Origin: an uncultured SAR86 cluster bacterium
Lineage (GTDB): Bacteria > Pseudomonadota > Gammaproteobacteria > Magnimaribacterales > D2472
NCBI GenBank assembly: GCA_902631785.1
Contig: CACOZT010000002.1
Location: 18,996-82,995, forward strand
Direction: 5' to 3'
DNA: 64,000 nt
Shown: positions 47,877 through 58,604 of the stretch, in pieces
Position numbering within the stretch: the first letter of the stretch is position 1
Layout of the letters: every line of letters starts with the position of its first letter
The notes under the pieces: generated by a model
Database searches by the model: none
What the model saw: only the letters and a program-made list of their open reading frames with translations
What the model was told of the DNA's origin: nothing
Program-made: the position numbers and the translations under genes

Positions 47877-48633
47877 TTGTACCACCATCAACAACTATTG
47901 TCTGCCCATTAATATAATTACCTGCTTCAGATGCAAGCATAACAGCAACACCAGCTATTTCATTTGGTTCACCAATTCTTTTCATTGGTGTTGAAGATAA
48001 CACTGAATTTAAGATATCAGGATTTTCCCATAATGCTTTTGCAAAATCTGTTTTTATAAGACCTGGTGCAATTGAATTAGCTCTAATATTTTTATGTCCA
48101 AATTCAGTAGCTATATTTTTAACAATCATTACATCAGCTGCTTTACTTATGTTATATGCGCCTAGTATTGGACTGCCTTTAATCGCAGCTATACTCGATA
48201 TAATAATAATTGAACCATCTTCACGCTCAATCATATCTGGTAACACAAGATTGCATAAAACTTGATTAGATTTAATATTATTATTCATGACCTTATCGAA
48301 TTTTTCAGATGGCATATCAAGCATTGATCCCATAAAAGGATTTGTTGCCGCATTACAAATCAAAGTGTCGATCTGTCCTAGTTTTTCTTTTGTTTCAGAT
48401 ACTAAATTATTTAATTGATCTTCATCACTAATATTTGCTGAAATAGGGAAGGCTACTTCTTTACCAACAGATGTGTTAATTTCATCTGCGGTACTTTCGC
48501 ATACATCTAACTTTCTACTTGAGATAATTACCTTAGCACCATGTAAAGCACATTGGTGGGCAATACTTTTTCCAATACCTCTTGAAGATCCAGTAATTAA
48601 AATTGATTTATCTTTTAGGTTAAATAATGACAT
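47866..48633 (-). CDS. SDR family oxidoreductase
   Basis: 255 aa. TGSSRGIGK, NAA, YNISK and classic SDR length. Confidence 0.8.
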   Translation of the reverse strand: MSLFNLKDKSILITGSSRGIGKSIAHQCALHGAKVIISSRKLDVCESTADEINTSVGKEVAFPISANISDEDQLNNLVSETKEKLGQIDTLICNAATNPFMGSMLDMPSEKFDKVMNNNIKSNQVLCNLVLPDMIEREDGSIIIISSIAAIKGSPILGAYNISKAADVMIVKNIATEFGHKNIRANSIAPGLIKTDFAKALWENPDILNSVLSSTPMKRIGEPNEIAGVAVMLASEAGNYINGQTIVVDGGTTIS

Positions 48634-48653
48634 ATTTTTATTATAATGAAATT

Positions 48654-48884
48654 ATGACTAAAAAAGTTGAAATATATTCCAGGTCAAATTGCTCATATTG
48701 TGTAATGGCAATGAATTTTTTTGATTCAAAAGGAATAAAATATGATGTTTATAGTGCTGACGACCCAAAAATCTTTCAAGAGATGTTAGAACGCAATCCT
48801 CAAGCTAGAACAGTTCCACAAATTTTCATAGATGATAAGCTTATTGGTGGATATACTGACTTAGTCGAAAAATATTCGGAATAA
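48654..48884 (+). CDS. Glutaredoxin (Grx3-like, CSYC active site)
   Basis: VEIYSRSNCSYCVMAMNFF..., TVPQIFIDDKLIGGYTDL. Start taken at ATG 48654 instead of 48627, which would overlap the divergent SDR gene. Confidence 0.8.
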   Translation: MTKKVEIYSRSNCSYCVMAMNFFDSKGIKYDVYSADDPKIFQEMLERNPQARTVPQIFIDDKLIGGYTDLVEKYSE

Positions 48885-48888
48885 AAAT

Positions 48889-50556
48889 ATGGAACAATTT
48901 AATGCTTTTTTAGTATTGCTTGATAGTAATTTAAGTGGATCATGGTGGTTTCCAGCACTTTTAATAGGAACTGGTATCTTTTTTACAATTTATCTAGGAT
49001 TTCCTCAATTTAAATATTTTAATAGTGCATTAAAAATAGTGTCTGGAAAGTCTAAAAATTCTGAGTCTGATGGAGAAACTACCGGATTTCAGGCACTTAC
49101 AACTGCAATGTCTGGTGCCGTAGGAACAGGTAATATTGGTGGTGTTGCATTAGCAATCTGGACAGGTGGACCTGCAGCAATATTCTGGATGTGGATTACT
49201 GCTATATTTGGAATGACCACCAAATATGTTGAAGTAACTTTGGGTCATAAATATAGAACGACACTTAACGATGGTTCGATTTCGGGTGGTCCAATGTATT
49301 ACATTGAACAAGGCTTAAATATGAAATGGGTTGCTATTTTGTTTGCATTCTTAATGATGATTACTGCTATTGGATCAGGAAACATGCCTCAAATAAATAA
49401 TATTGCTTTGGTCATGAATAGTGAGTTTGATGTACCAAAACTGTTTACAGGATTATTTTTAGGTGCATTACTCTGGATAATTATTATTGGTGGAATTAAA
49501 AGAATAGCATCTGTAGCAAGTAAGATTATCCCAATAATGGGTATTATTTATTTTGGTGGCGCCTTAATAATTCTTGCAGAGAACTATCAGAATGTAATTC
49601 CTTCATTTAATGCAATATTCGCTCAAGTTTTCACTGGATCTGCTGCTGTTGGAGGGTTTTTAGGTGCCAGTTTTGCTATGAGTTTAAAATATGGTGTTGC
49701 TCGAGGCTTATATTCAAATGAAGCTGGCCAAGGTTCATCACCAATCGCTCATGCCTCATCAAAAAATAAATCAATTGATCAAGGCGTTGTTTCTATTCTT
49801 GAACCCTTTATTGACACGATTGTTGTTTGTAGTGTCACTGCATTGGTTATTTTGTCGAGTGGAGTATGGACTCAAAAATTTGATACAACTTTTTCTAAAA
49901 CTGATATGGTAATTCTTAATGGAATTTATTCTGATGATAAGAACACAGATGGTGAGTATTTATATCCAGATCATATAAAAGAATTAACAAAATACGTTCA
50001 GTTTATTGATTCAAGTGTAAAAGAATTTACAGGATCATTGGACGTTGATGACGGAAGGATATTATCTGATAACATCACTGTTATTCATTCACGATCAATA
50101 GCAGAAGATATAATAATTTCAGACTCTGTTGAAAATAATTTATTTTCAGGTCAACTTGAAATCATTAATGGAAAAGTATCCGATCAAGTTACTATTAAGG
50201 GTAAATCACTAGTAAGTTCTGCAGAACTAACTGCTAAAGCCTTCTCTCAAGGAATTCTTGGACAATATGGAGGTAAATTAGTGGCCATAGCATTGTTATT
50301 ATTTGCATTCTCAACATCCATAACATGGTGTTATTACGGTGATAGATCAACTGCCTATATATTTGGCGAGAAGGGTGTAGTTTGGTACAGAAACTTTTAT
50401 GTATTGTGTTTTGTTTTAGCTGCAGTTATTGATACAACCGTTGTTTGGAACATAGCCTATGTTGTTGTAGCTCTTGTATCAATTCCAAATTTGATTGCAA
50501 TGTTTGTGCTTAGAAAGGAAATGAAATCACTTTCTGACAATTTTGATATTAAATAA
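48889..50556 (+). CDS. Sodium:alanine (amino acid) symporter family (AGCS) transporter with internal insertion
   Basis: 555 aa. GFQALTTAMSGAVGTGNIGGVALAI, GLYSNEAGQGSSPIAHA and FAFSTSITWCYYG motifs. Confidence 0.8.
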   Translation: MEQFNAFLVLLDSNLSGSWWFPALLIGTGIFFTIYLGFPQFKYFNSALKIVSGKSKNSESDGETTGFQALTTAMSGAVGTGNIGGVALAIWTGGPAAIFWMWITAIFGMTTKYVEVTLGHKYRTTLNDGSISGGPMYYIEQGLNMKWVAILFAFLMMITAIGSGNMPQINNIALVMNSEFDVPKLFTGLFLGALLWIIIIGGIKRIASVASKIIPIMGIIYFGGALIILAENYQNVIPSFNAIFAQVFTGSAAVGGFLGASFAMSLKYGVARGLYSNEAGQGSSPIAHASSKNKSIDQGVVSILEPFIDTIVVCSVTALVILSSGVWTQKFDTTFSKTDMVILNGIYSDDKNTDGEYLYPDHIKELTKYVQFIDSSVKEFTGSLDVDDGRILSDNITVIHSRSIAEDIIISDSVENNLFSGQLEIINGKVSDQVTIKGKSLVSSAELTAKAFSQGILGQYGGKLVAIALLLFAFSTSITWCYYGDRSTAYIFGEKGVVWYRNFYVLCFVLAAVIDTTVVWNIAYVVVALVSIPNLIAMFVLRKEMKSLSDNFDIK

Positions 50557-50557
50557 C

Positions 50558-51568
50558 TTATTTAACTTTCTTTAATAAAGAAACAATTTCTAAATGATTT
50601 TTGTTAGGGAATTGATCGAATAATTCTATTTTATCAATTTCAAATGATTCAAGTAATTTAATATCTCTTACATATGTTTCAGAATTACAAGATACATATA
50701 TTATGTTCTCAAAATTTGATGCCAAACTAATTACATCATCAGTTAATCCAGATCGTGGTGGATCTAAAAGAATATGTGAAAAATCATAATCATTTATATT
50801 TTTCATATTCATACGATTAAATATTCTTCCATCAAATAGTTCACTAACTTCATTCGAAGATAACCTAGCATTATGAACATTAGAAATTTTATTTTCTTGA
50901 AGAGACTTTTCTAAACATTTAATTGATTTTCTATTACTTTCAGTTGCAAGTATTTTATTAAACTTAAATGATAATGGGAGTGTGAAGGTACCAATACCGC
51001 AATATAGTTCCAATAGATCTCTTTGATTATCAATAAAATTAATTACCTTTGATATCATTTTATCAACAAGATATTTATTTGATTGCGTAAAGGTATTATC
51101 GGTCTGAAAAATTTTTAAATTTTTATAAGCAAGCATATCCTCCAAATACAAACCCCTTATCCCATGCACAAAATTTTTTGATCTTACTATGATGTTAATA
51201 TCAAGATTTTTTGATATTTGATTTAACAAAGCAATCAATGATTCATCAATTTTTTTGTGGTAAATCATTGTTATCATTAATTTATTTAATTGATTTGATC
51301 TAAAGTTAATTTGAAAAAGTTTTTCTTTAATTTCGTTATTATTATTTATCTCATTTAAAAGTATTGGCATTATGTTCTGAATTTCTAAAGAAGCATCCGT
51401 GAAGGTTTTCATATAAATCTTTTTATTAATGCCATGCATAACATAATTATTCTTATCATATGCGAACTCACAACGACTTCTAAATGCATTAGCTGGACTT
51501 ATATTTATAGCTATTTTATTGGCATGCTTGAATCTTATGGCACTCTGAAACTTTTCAAATTTATTCAT
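50558..51568 (-). CDS. trmA: tRNA (uracil54-C5)-methyltransferase
   Basis: 336 aa. SAM motif LELYCGIGTFTLPL, DPPRSGL, catalytic YVSCN. No TRAM domain or Fe-S cysteines, which favours TrmA over RlmD/RlmC. Confidence 0.75.
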   Translation of the reverse strand: MNKFEKFQSAIRFKHANKIAINISPANAFRSRCEFAYDKNNYVMHGINKKIYMKTFTDASLEIQNIMPILLNEINNNNEIKEKLFQINFRSNQLNKLMITMIYHKKIDESLIALLNQISKNLDINIIVRSKNFVHGIRGLYLEDMLAYKNLKIFQTDNTFTQSNKYLVDKMISKVINFIDNQRDLLELYCGIGTFTLPLSFKFNKILATESNRKSIKCLEKSLQENKISNVHNARLSSNEVSELFDGRIFNRMNMKNINDYDFSHILLDPPRSGLTDDVISLASNFENIIYVSCNSETYVRDIKLLESFEIDKIELFDQFPNKNHLEIVSLLKKVK

Positions 51569-51735
51569 ATTAATAGGCTTGTAATAATCAAAACTATGCT
51601 TATAAAAACAATATTGAGTGTAATAAATAGGAGAATTATTCTTATAAATGATAAATTTTTTAGATCATTTGAAAGATCTTCTTTTTTTCTAATTCCTAAA
51701 AAAGAACTTATAATTCTAAATAACCACATAAAAGA

Positions 51736-52326
51736 ATGAGTAAAGTAATTAATATAACAAAATCTGCTGAAGAATATTTAGCGAAATTAATTCAAGATAA
51801 GAATGAAACAGATCTATCTATAAGAATTTTTATTTCTGATCCAGGTACTCCAAAAGCTGAGACTTGTTTAGCATATTGTAAACCAGATGAGGCAATGCCT
51901 GACGACATGATTTTAAATTTAGATTTAATAAACGTAAACATTGAAAAAAGAAGTGTTCCATTTTTAAAAGATTGTGAAGTTAATTTTGATAACGATACAT
52001 TTGGTGGGCAGCTTACTATAAAGGCTCCCAATGCAAGACTTCCGAATATATCTCCGGAAAGTCCAGTTGAGGATAGAATTAATTATGTTATTTATAACGA
52101 AATAAATCCAATGCTTGAATCTCATGGCGGTGAAGTATCTTTGGTTGAATTCAGTGACGAAAGTATAGCTGTTCTTCAATTTGGTGGGGGTTGTCAGGGT
52201 TGTGGAATGGTAGACGTAACTCTTAAAGATGGAATTGAGAAAACACTAATTGAGCAAATTCCAGAGGTAAAAGCAGTTAAAGATCTAACTGATCACTCAG
52301 TTACTGATAACGCATATTACAAGTAA
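51736..52326 (+). CDS. nfuA: Fe-S biogenesis protein NfuA
   Basis: 196 aa. Degenerate A-type N-domain plus C-terminal Nfu domain with GGGCQGCG. Confidence 0.9.
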   Translation: MSKVINITKSAEEYLAKLIQDKNETDLSIRIFISDPGTPKAETCLAYCKPDEAMPDDMILNLDLINVNIEKRSVPFLKDCEVNFDNDTFGGQLTIKAPNARLPNISPESPVEDRINYVIYNEINPMLESHGGEVSLVEFSDESIAVLQFGGGCQGCGMVDVTLKDGIEKTLIEQIPEVKAVKDLTDHSVTDNAYYK

Positions 52327-52968
52327 TTAAACTTCGCTTATAGCTACTACAACTCCAAAATAGGGGTGATCAAAAAAGTGTATCTCATCATTAAAGATTC
52401 TTTTCTCCTCATCTATAAAGATATTGATTTTAGAGTTTCTTGCATCTAAATTACCTAAATATGCCTTGAGATCAATATGCATAAACCTTTTCTTATAGAA
52501 TTTTATTAAAAAGCCATAATTATTTTGACTTTGATATGCTAAGTATTTTGAAGAGTCATATTCTGGAATAGTTTGTATCCAAGATTTTGAATCAATAAGG
52601 ACATATTTACTTTCTTTATTAATATTGTTTTTTAAATTATTCAAGACGGATAAATTAGGATTATCTCTGTAAAGTGGTTTAGGTAAATTTTTTAAGTTTA
52701 AATCAAAATTATTTTTAAATAAATTTGTATAAAATTTTGACATATTAGAAAAGTTACTATGACTCATCTGAGCCAATAAAGAGTTTTCATCAGTAAAATA
52801 GACTAAATTTTTATCAGATATATCTAAATTTGTGTTGAAAGTTTCATCACTTTCAATAGTTTCATATTTGAAGACTATTAATTCTATTTTGTATTCAACA
52901 TTATCTTCTTCACCAAATACTAGATTTGTAAATAAAAATAATAAAAATATTTTTTTAAAAAATTTCAT
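52327..52968 (-). CDS. Secreted hypothetical protein, possibly CsiV family
   Basis: 213 aa. Signal peptide followed by the YKIELIVF motif that I recall as the start of CsiV-like proteins. Located immediately downstream of mfd with a 14-nt overlap. Confidence 0.45.
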   Translation of the reverse strand: MKFFKKIFLLFLFTNLVFGEEDNVEYKIELIVFKYETIESDETFNTNLDISDKNLVYFTDENSLLAQMSHSNFSNMSKFYTNLFKNNFDLNLKNLPKPLYRDNPNLSVLNNLKNNINKESKYVLIDSKSWIQTIPEYDSSKYLAYQSQNNYGFLIKFYKKRFMHIDLKAYLGNLDARNSKINIFIDEEKRIFNDEIHFFDHPYFGVVVAISEV

Positions 52969-55900
52969 CCAATAGTTTATCTATATTTTGTCTTCTTACC
53001 TCAGCATTTAATTCATGATACTTGTAAATGAATTTATTAGTTGAGTTAATTTGAAATTTTTGAGGATCTTTTTTAGCAAAATTAATTAATTTATCCAAAT
53101 ATGAATCTTTAATTTCCTTAGTTATTTCAATATTTGTATTCTTAGTGTTGGATTTGATCGATTTAATACCACTATTTAAAACTTTTAAATGGAATCTTTT
53201 ATTATCAATTAAATTTTCTGTTTCTATTGGTATTTTTCCACATCTATCTTTGAGGTTTGTTTTTAATGCTTTTAATTCTTCTAAACTAGTTAATTCATTC
53301 AATTTTTTATAAATTTTTAATCGCTCTAAAGGAGAGGGCAGATATGCCTCACTTATGTATGCCGAATCGTAGAAATTTATCTCAATATCAATATCTTTAT
53401 GATGATAAATATTTTTTTGAGAATTAATCGCATCTTTCAACATCGATAAATATAGGGACAAACCAATATTATCAATGTGACCACTTTGTTTATCACCCAA
53501 CATTTCTCCACCACCTCTAAGTTCAAGATCTTCTTCAGCTATTAAAAATCCCTCGCCTAAATTAGAGTGTTTAATTATAGAATCTAACCTATTTCTTGAA
53601 AGCTTAGGGATATCTAATGTTGGAATTAAAAAATAGCAGTAACCTTGTTTTTCAGATCTTCCAACTCTTCCACGTAGTTGGTGAAGTTGTGAAAGGCCAA
53701 AATTATGTGAATTAATTATCACCATGGTATTAGCATTAGGTATATCTAATCCCATCTCAATAATTGTTGTACAAATCAAACCATCTATTTCACCATTTTT
53801 AAAGTTATTCATGACATTTCTTAATTCTTTCTTAGAGAGTCTTCCGTGAGCAATCGACACCTTAAATTCGGGGAGTAAATTATTAATTTCTTTTTTTAGA
53901 TTATCCATTTTATCAATGTCATTTTGCACAATAAAACATTGTCCACCTCTTACTTTTTCTCTAGTAAGAGCCTCTTTGATAAGCTGCGAAGTTTGAATTT
54001 TAAGAAAAGATTTAATGTTGATTCTATTTGTTGGTGGCGTCTGTAAAAAAGAAAAATCTTTTAAACCAGAAAAAACAAGATTCATTGTTCTTGGAATAGG
54101 AGTAGCTGACAAATATAATACATGGACGTTTGCTTGTTTGTCTTTTATAAAGTTTTTTTGTTTTATTCCAAATTTATGCTCTTCATCAATTATCAATAGC
54201 CCAGTATTTTCAAAACTTAAGTTGTTGTTAAAGACAATATGAGTACAAATTAATATATCGGTTTTACAAGAATTAAAATCATCGATTATTTTTTCTTTAT
54301 TTTTTTTCGACGTAAATCTATTTAATTTATTTATAGAAACTGGAAAATTTTCAAACCTTTTTATGAAAGTATCATAGTGCTGATCACAAAGGACCGTACT
54401 TGGAGTAACAATAACAACCTGTTTATTTGAAGAAACAGATATTAAGGAAGATCGCATAGCAACTTCTGTTTTCCCAAACCCAACATCTCCACATAAAACT
54501 CTATTCATTGGTTTAATTAAAGATAGATCTTTCTTTATGGAAGAAATAGACTCAATCTGATCTGGCGTTTCATTATAAGGAAATTCATTTTCAAATTTTA
54601 AAAATATATCTTTATCTGGCTTTAAACTTGATGAGTTAGCATTACTTCTTCTCGATTCAATATCTAATATTTCCGCTGCATGATCTACGACTCTTTTATT
54701 AGCCTTTGATTTTTTAACTGACCATTTATTGGATGACAATGAATCAATTTTAATATTTATATTATTATTTTTATGATAGTTTGAGATTTTATGTATATTT
54801 TTTAGTGGAACATATAAGATTTCGTTTTTATCATAAATTATTTTTAGATACTCACTAAATTTATTGTTGGCTTCTACAACCTCTAAACCATCGTATATTC
54901 CTAAACCGTAATCCTCATGAATTACTAAATCGTCTTTATTAAATAGTTTTGATAAATTCTCTTTTTTTGTAGAACGCGCATTTGAGTTTTCTACTTTATA
55001 TACAGATTTATCAATATATTCTTTATGAAAAATAAACGTGTTGTTATCTTGAATATATATAGGTCTTGTAATATCGCCGAACATAATAGAAATATTATTC
55101 ATTACTTCATGTATATTTTTGATTTCTGATGCTTGAGTTTTATATTTTTCTTTTAATTTTTCTAGTTCTGATGGGATAGACGACATTAATATAATCTTCT
55201 TATTGTCAAAGTCACCTGTAACGATTCCTTCTTCAATATCTTTAAAAGATTCATATGAATAATTAATTTTTTCAACATCAATTTTTTTTATAGATTGTGT
55301 AAAATCTAATATATTTTTTACATTTAAAAATAAATCAGAAGGCTTGATTAATGGTCTGTTTAAATCTTGAGACTCATCTTTGTATCTGTTGTTAATAAGT
55401 GATTCATACAGATCGATTTCATTGTCTAAATCTTCGTATTTAATGAATTCATAATTATTAAATATTTCTAAAAAAGTTGATGTATCTTTGAAAAAAAAGG
55501 GGAAATATATTTCTATACCTTCAGGAATTTCATAATTTTTTATTTTTTGAAATAAAGAGCAATATCTTTCATCGATATTTGTAAAATAGTCTCGCCATCT
55601 AGAGATAAATGATGATACTTTTAACTCATCAAGACTAAATAAGCTGCCTTTAGATATGGAAAAATTTTTGATATTTTCAATTGATAACTGAGATTCAATA
55701 TCAAAAAACCTAATTGACTCAATATAATCATCAAAAATTTCGATTCTTAGTGGATTTTCATAGATAGGAGTGAAAATATCTATAATTCCACCTCTAACTG
55801 AGTATTCATTAATATTTTCAACATTTGTTTTCTTTTGATAATTTAAAATTTCAACAATGTTTACAATATTATTGATTGATAGTTCATCATTAATAGAAAA

Positions 55901-56239
55901 GGTTTCTTCTGACTTAAAAAAGTATTTATTAGGGTAAATTTCAAATAAATTTTTGACTGAGCTTATTAAAATATGTTTTTTATTACTTTGTTGATTGATT
56001 AACTTAAATCTTTGTTTAGTAATTTTTTCTGGAGTTGAAAAATGATCATAAGGTAGTATGTCATTTTCTGGAAATAGCTTTATACAATCTTTATCGAATA
56101 ATATTGATAGTTCATTATAGATATACCTAGACTCAAAATTATCTTTTGTTAGAAGGCAAATTGAATTTGAAGCTTTATCAAAATGTTTTTTTATAAAATA
56201 AGCATAATTTTGATAATTATTTTGTTTATTTTTAAGCAT
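52955..56239 (-). CDS. mfd: Transcription-repair coupling factor
   Basis: 1094 aa. UvrB-homology N-region, CarD/RID segment, SF2 helicase motifs (GDVGFGKTEVAMR, DEEHKFG, ATPIPRT, QLRGRVGR), TRCF C-terminal domain. Confidence 0.95.
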   Translation of the reverse strand: MLKNKQNNYQNYAYFIKKHFDKASNSICLLTKDNFESRYIYNELSILFDKDCIKLFPENDILPYDHFSTPEKITKQRFKLINQQSNKKHILISSVKNLFEIYPNKYFFKSEETFSINDELSINNIVNIVEILNYQKKTNVENINEYSVRGGIIDIFTPIYENPLRIEIFDDYIESIRFFDIESQLSIENIKNFSISKGSLFSLDELKVSSFISRWRDYFTNIDERYCSLFQKIKNYEIPEGIEIYFPFFFKDTSTFLEIFNNYEFIKYEDLDNEIDLYESLINNRYKDESQDLNRPLIKPSDLFLNVKNILDFTQSIKKIDVEKINYSYESFKDIEEGIVTGDFDNKKIILMSSIPSELEKLKEKYKTQASEIKNIHEVMNNISIMFGDITRPIYIQDNNTFIFHKEYIDKSVYKVENSNARSTKKENLSKLFNKDDLVIHEDYGLGIYDGLEVVEANNKFSEYLKIIYDKNEILYVPLKNIHKISNYHKNNNINIKIDSLSSNKWSVKKSKANKRVVDHAAEILDIESRRSNANSSSLKPDKDIFLKFENEFPYNETPDQIESISSIKKDLSLIKPMNRVLCGDVGFGKTEVAMRSSLISVSSNKQVVIVTPSTVLCDQHYDTFIKRFENFPVSINKLNRFTSKKNKEKIIDDFNSCKTDILICTHIVFNNNLSFENTGLLIIDEEHKFGIKQKNFIKDKQANVHVLYLSATPIPRTMNLVFSGLKDFSFLQTPPTNRINIKSFLKIQTSQLIKEALTREKVRGGQCFIVQNDIDKMDNLKKEINNLLPEFKVSIAHGRLSKKELRNVMNNFKNGEIDGLICTTIIEMGLDIPNANTMVIINSHNFGLSQLHQLRGRVGRSEKQGYCYFLIPTLDIPKLSRNRLDSIIKHSNLGEGFLIAEEDLELRGGGEMLGDKQSGHIDNIGLSLYLSMLKDAINSQKNIYHHKDIDIEINFYDSAYISEAYLPSPLERLKIYKKLNELTSLEELKALKTNLKDRCGKIPIETENLIDNKRFHLKVLNSGIKSIKSNTKNTNIEITKEIKDSYLDKLINFAKKDPQKFQINSTNKFIYKYHELNAEVRRQNIDKLLDEIF

Positions 56240-56298
56240 CTAGTTGTGTATAATGAGAGCCTATTCTATCAATCAATTTAAATATATAAAGAAAAAAT

Positions 56299-57468
56299 AT
56301 GGATATAAACTTTAGTAAGGAAGATATTGCTTTTAGGGATGAAGTCAGAGACTGGTTAGCCAATGACTATCCAAAGCATGTGAAAGATAAAACTGATAAT
56401 GGTATTGCTCTTACCAAGCAAGATATGATTGATTATCATAAAGCCATCTCAAAGAAAGGTTGGATGGGTTATAACTGGCCTGTTGAGTATGGTGGTACTG
56501 GATGGTCATCAACACAACTATACATTTTTAATAAAGAATTTGGTCTAGCAGGTTGTCCTCCATTATTAGCTTTTGGTGTCAGCATGGTTGCACCAGTAAT
56601 ATGGACTTTTGGTAATGATGAGCAAAAAGAGAGATTTTTACCAGACATCCTTGATTTTAATACTTGGTGGTGTCAAGGATACTCTGAGCCAGGATCAGGA
56701 TCCGACTTAGCGTCACTCAAAACAAAAGCAGTTCTTGATGGTGATCATTATGTAGTTAACGGTTCTAAGACTTGGACTACATTAGCACAAAATGCTGATT
56801 GGATTTTTTGTTTGGTAAGGACTGATAATAGCGGTATCAAACAAGAAGGAATATCATTTCTATTGATAGACATGAAGACTCCAGGAATTGAAGTGAAACC
56901 TATAATAACCATAGATGGTGAACATGAAGTAAATTCAGTATTTTTTACAGATGTAAAAGTTCCTGTAGAAAATCTTGTTGGTGAGGAAGGAAAAGGTTGG
57001 ACGTATGCGAAATTTTTACTTGCTCATGAAAGATTCGGTATTGCCGGTGTTGGAGCTTCTATGAGACAACTTAATAGATTAAAAGACATAATTTCTAAAC
57101 TAGATAATGCTGAATTACAAAAGAAAGTTAATGAATTAGAGGTAGCATTGTCTGCGATTGAAATTACTGAGTTGCGACTTTTATCAGCATTAGAAAATGG
57201 AGGTCATCCAGGTGCTGAATCATCAATCTTAAAAATAAAAGGTACTGAAATGCAACAAAATCTTTCAGAATTATTTGTTGAAGCTGCTGGAGAATATGCG
57301 TTAATGTATCCAGGACCTCATGGTTATGGAAGTAATGAAAAACCTGCAGGGCCTGATTATGCAGCTGAAGGTCTATCTGGATTTTTAAATCTAAGAAAAA
57401 CTTCTATATATGGTGGAAGTAACGAAATTCAGAAAAACATTCTCTCTAAGTTTGTTTTAGGTGTCTAA
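56299..57468 (+). CDS. Acyl-CoA dehydrogenase
   Basis: 389 aa. WWCQGYSEPGSGSD, GSKTWTT and C-terminal IYGGSNEIQKNIL. Confidence 0.85.
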   Translation: MDINFSKEDIAFRDEVRDWLANDYPKHVKDKTDNGIALTKQDMIDYHKAISKKGWMGYNWPVEYGGTGWSSTQLYIFNKEFGLAGCPPLLAFGVSMVAPVIWTFGNDEQKERFLPDILDFNTWWCQGYSEPGSGSDLASLKTKAVLDGDHYVVNGSKTWTTLAQNADWIFCLVRTDNSGIKQEGISFLLIDMKTPGIEVKPIITIDGEHEVNSVFFTDVKVPVENLVGEEGKGWTYAKFLLAHERFGIAGVGASMRQLNRLKDIISKLDNAELQKKVNELEVALSAIEITELRLLSALENGGHPGAESSILKIKGTEMQQNLSELFVEAAGEYALMYPGPHGYGSNEKPAGPDYAAEGLSGFLNLRKTSIYGGSNEIQKNILSKFVLGV

Positions 57469-57470
57469 TA

Positions 57471-58565
57471 ATGAATTTAAATTATAACGAAGAACAAACA
57501 ATGCTTCGTGAACAGATCCAGAAATTCTGTGAATCTGAATATGATTTTTATAAAAGAGAAGATATTGTAAAGTCGTCAAATGACTTTGATCCAAATGTTT
57601 GGAAATTATTCGCAGATCAAGGATGGTTATCTATGCCATTTTCTGAAGACTCAGGTGGATTAGGTTTTGGCGCTATCGAACTTTCAATTTTATTTGAAGA
57701 ATTTGGTAAAGCTCTTGTAATTGAGCCATATCTAGCAACTGTTGTTCTATCAGGCACATTAATAGATAAGTCATCTTATTCAAATAAAAAAGATATTATT
57801 GATAAAATTTGTCAAGGTGAAAAACATATTTCCCTTGCTTACGCTGAGGTTGATAAAAGTTATGATTATTTAACACCCAATACTTCATTAGATTCAGATA
57901 ATATTCTTAATGGTGCCAAAACTTTAGTATTAAACGCTTCTAACGCTGATAATTTGATTGTCACATGCAAAAAAGATAATGAATTAAATCTTGTTATTAT
58001 GGATTCTAATGCTGAAGGTGTTTCGATAAATTCATACTCAACAGTTGATGGTCAATCATGTTCAGAGATTTCGTTTGAAAACGTAAAACTTGATGCTTCT
58101 AATATATTATCATCTGGTGATGAGGCTGAATCTCTGATTAAGGAAACAATTAATCTTGCTACTTTGTGCATAAGTGCTGAAGCAGTTGGATTAATGGAAT
58201 CTTGCTATCATAAAACTCTTGAATATACGAAAGGTAGGGAACAATTTGGACAACCTATATCTAACTTTCAAGTTCTTCAACATAGAATGGTTGATATGTT
58301 TATTGAATCAGAGTTAGCAAAATCATTACTCATAAAAGCAATGCTCGAAGTCAATAATGGCTCTGAAGAAATGTATAAACACGTTTCAGCGCTCAAATCT
58401 TATATTGGGAAATCAGGCAAACTATCTGCAAAAGAAGCTGTTCAGCTTCATGGAGGAATGGGTGTTAGCGAAGAATTGATGATTGGGCACTATTTAAAGA
58501 AAATGATCTCGATTGATGCATTATTTGGAAATGCTGATTATCATCTTAAAACTTTTTCATCTTAG
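57471..58565 (+). CDS. Acyl-CoA dehydrogenase family protein (probable partner subunit)
   Basis: 364 aa. ACAD fold (REQFGQPISNFQVLQHRM, LHGGMGVSEE), but the C-terminal YxGxxEIQ motif is replaced by FGNADYH. Start lies 2 nt after the previous stop. Confidence 0.75.
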   Translation: MNLNYNEEQTMLREQIQKFCESEYDFYKREDIVKSSNDFDPNVWKLFADQGWLSMPFSEDSGGLGFGAIELSILFEEFGKALVIEPYLATVVLSGTLIDKSSYSNKKDIIDKICQGEKHISLAYAEVDKSYDYLTPNTSLDSDNILNGAKTLVLNASNADNLIVTCKKDNELNLVIMDSNAEGVSINSYSTVDGQSCSEISFENVKLDASNILSSGDEAESLIKETINLATLCISAEAVGLMESCYHKTLEYTKGREQFGQPISNFQVLQHRMVDMFIESELAKSLLIKAMLEVNNGSEEMYKHVSALKSYIGKSGKLSAKEAVQLHGGMGVSEELMIGHYLKKMISIDALFGNADYHLKTFSS

Positions 58566-58604
58566 TTTATTTTGGAATTTCATTAAACAATCTATAATCA
58601 AATC

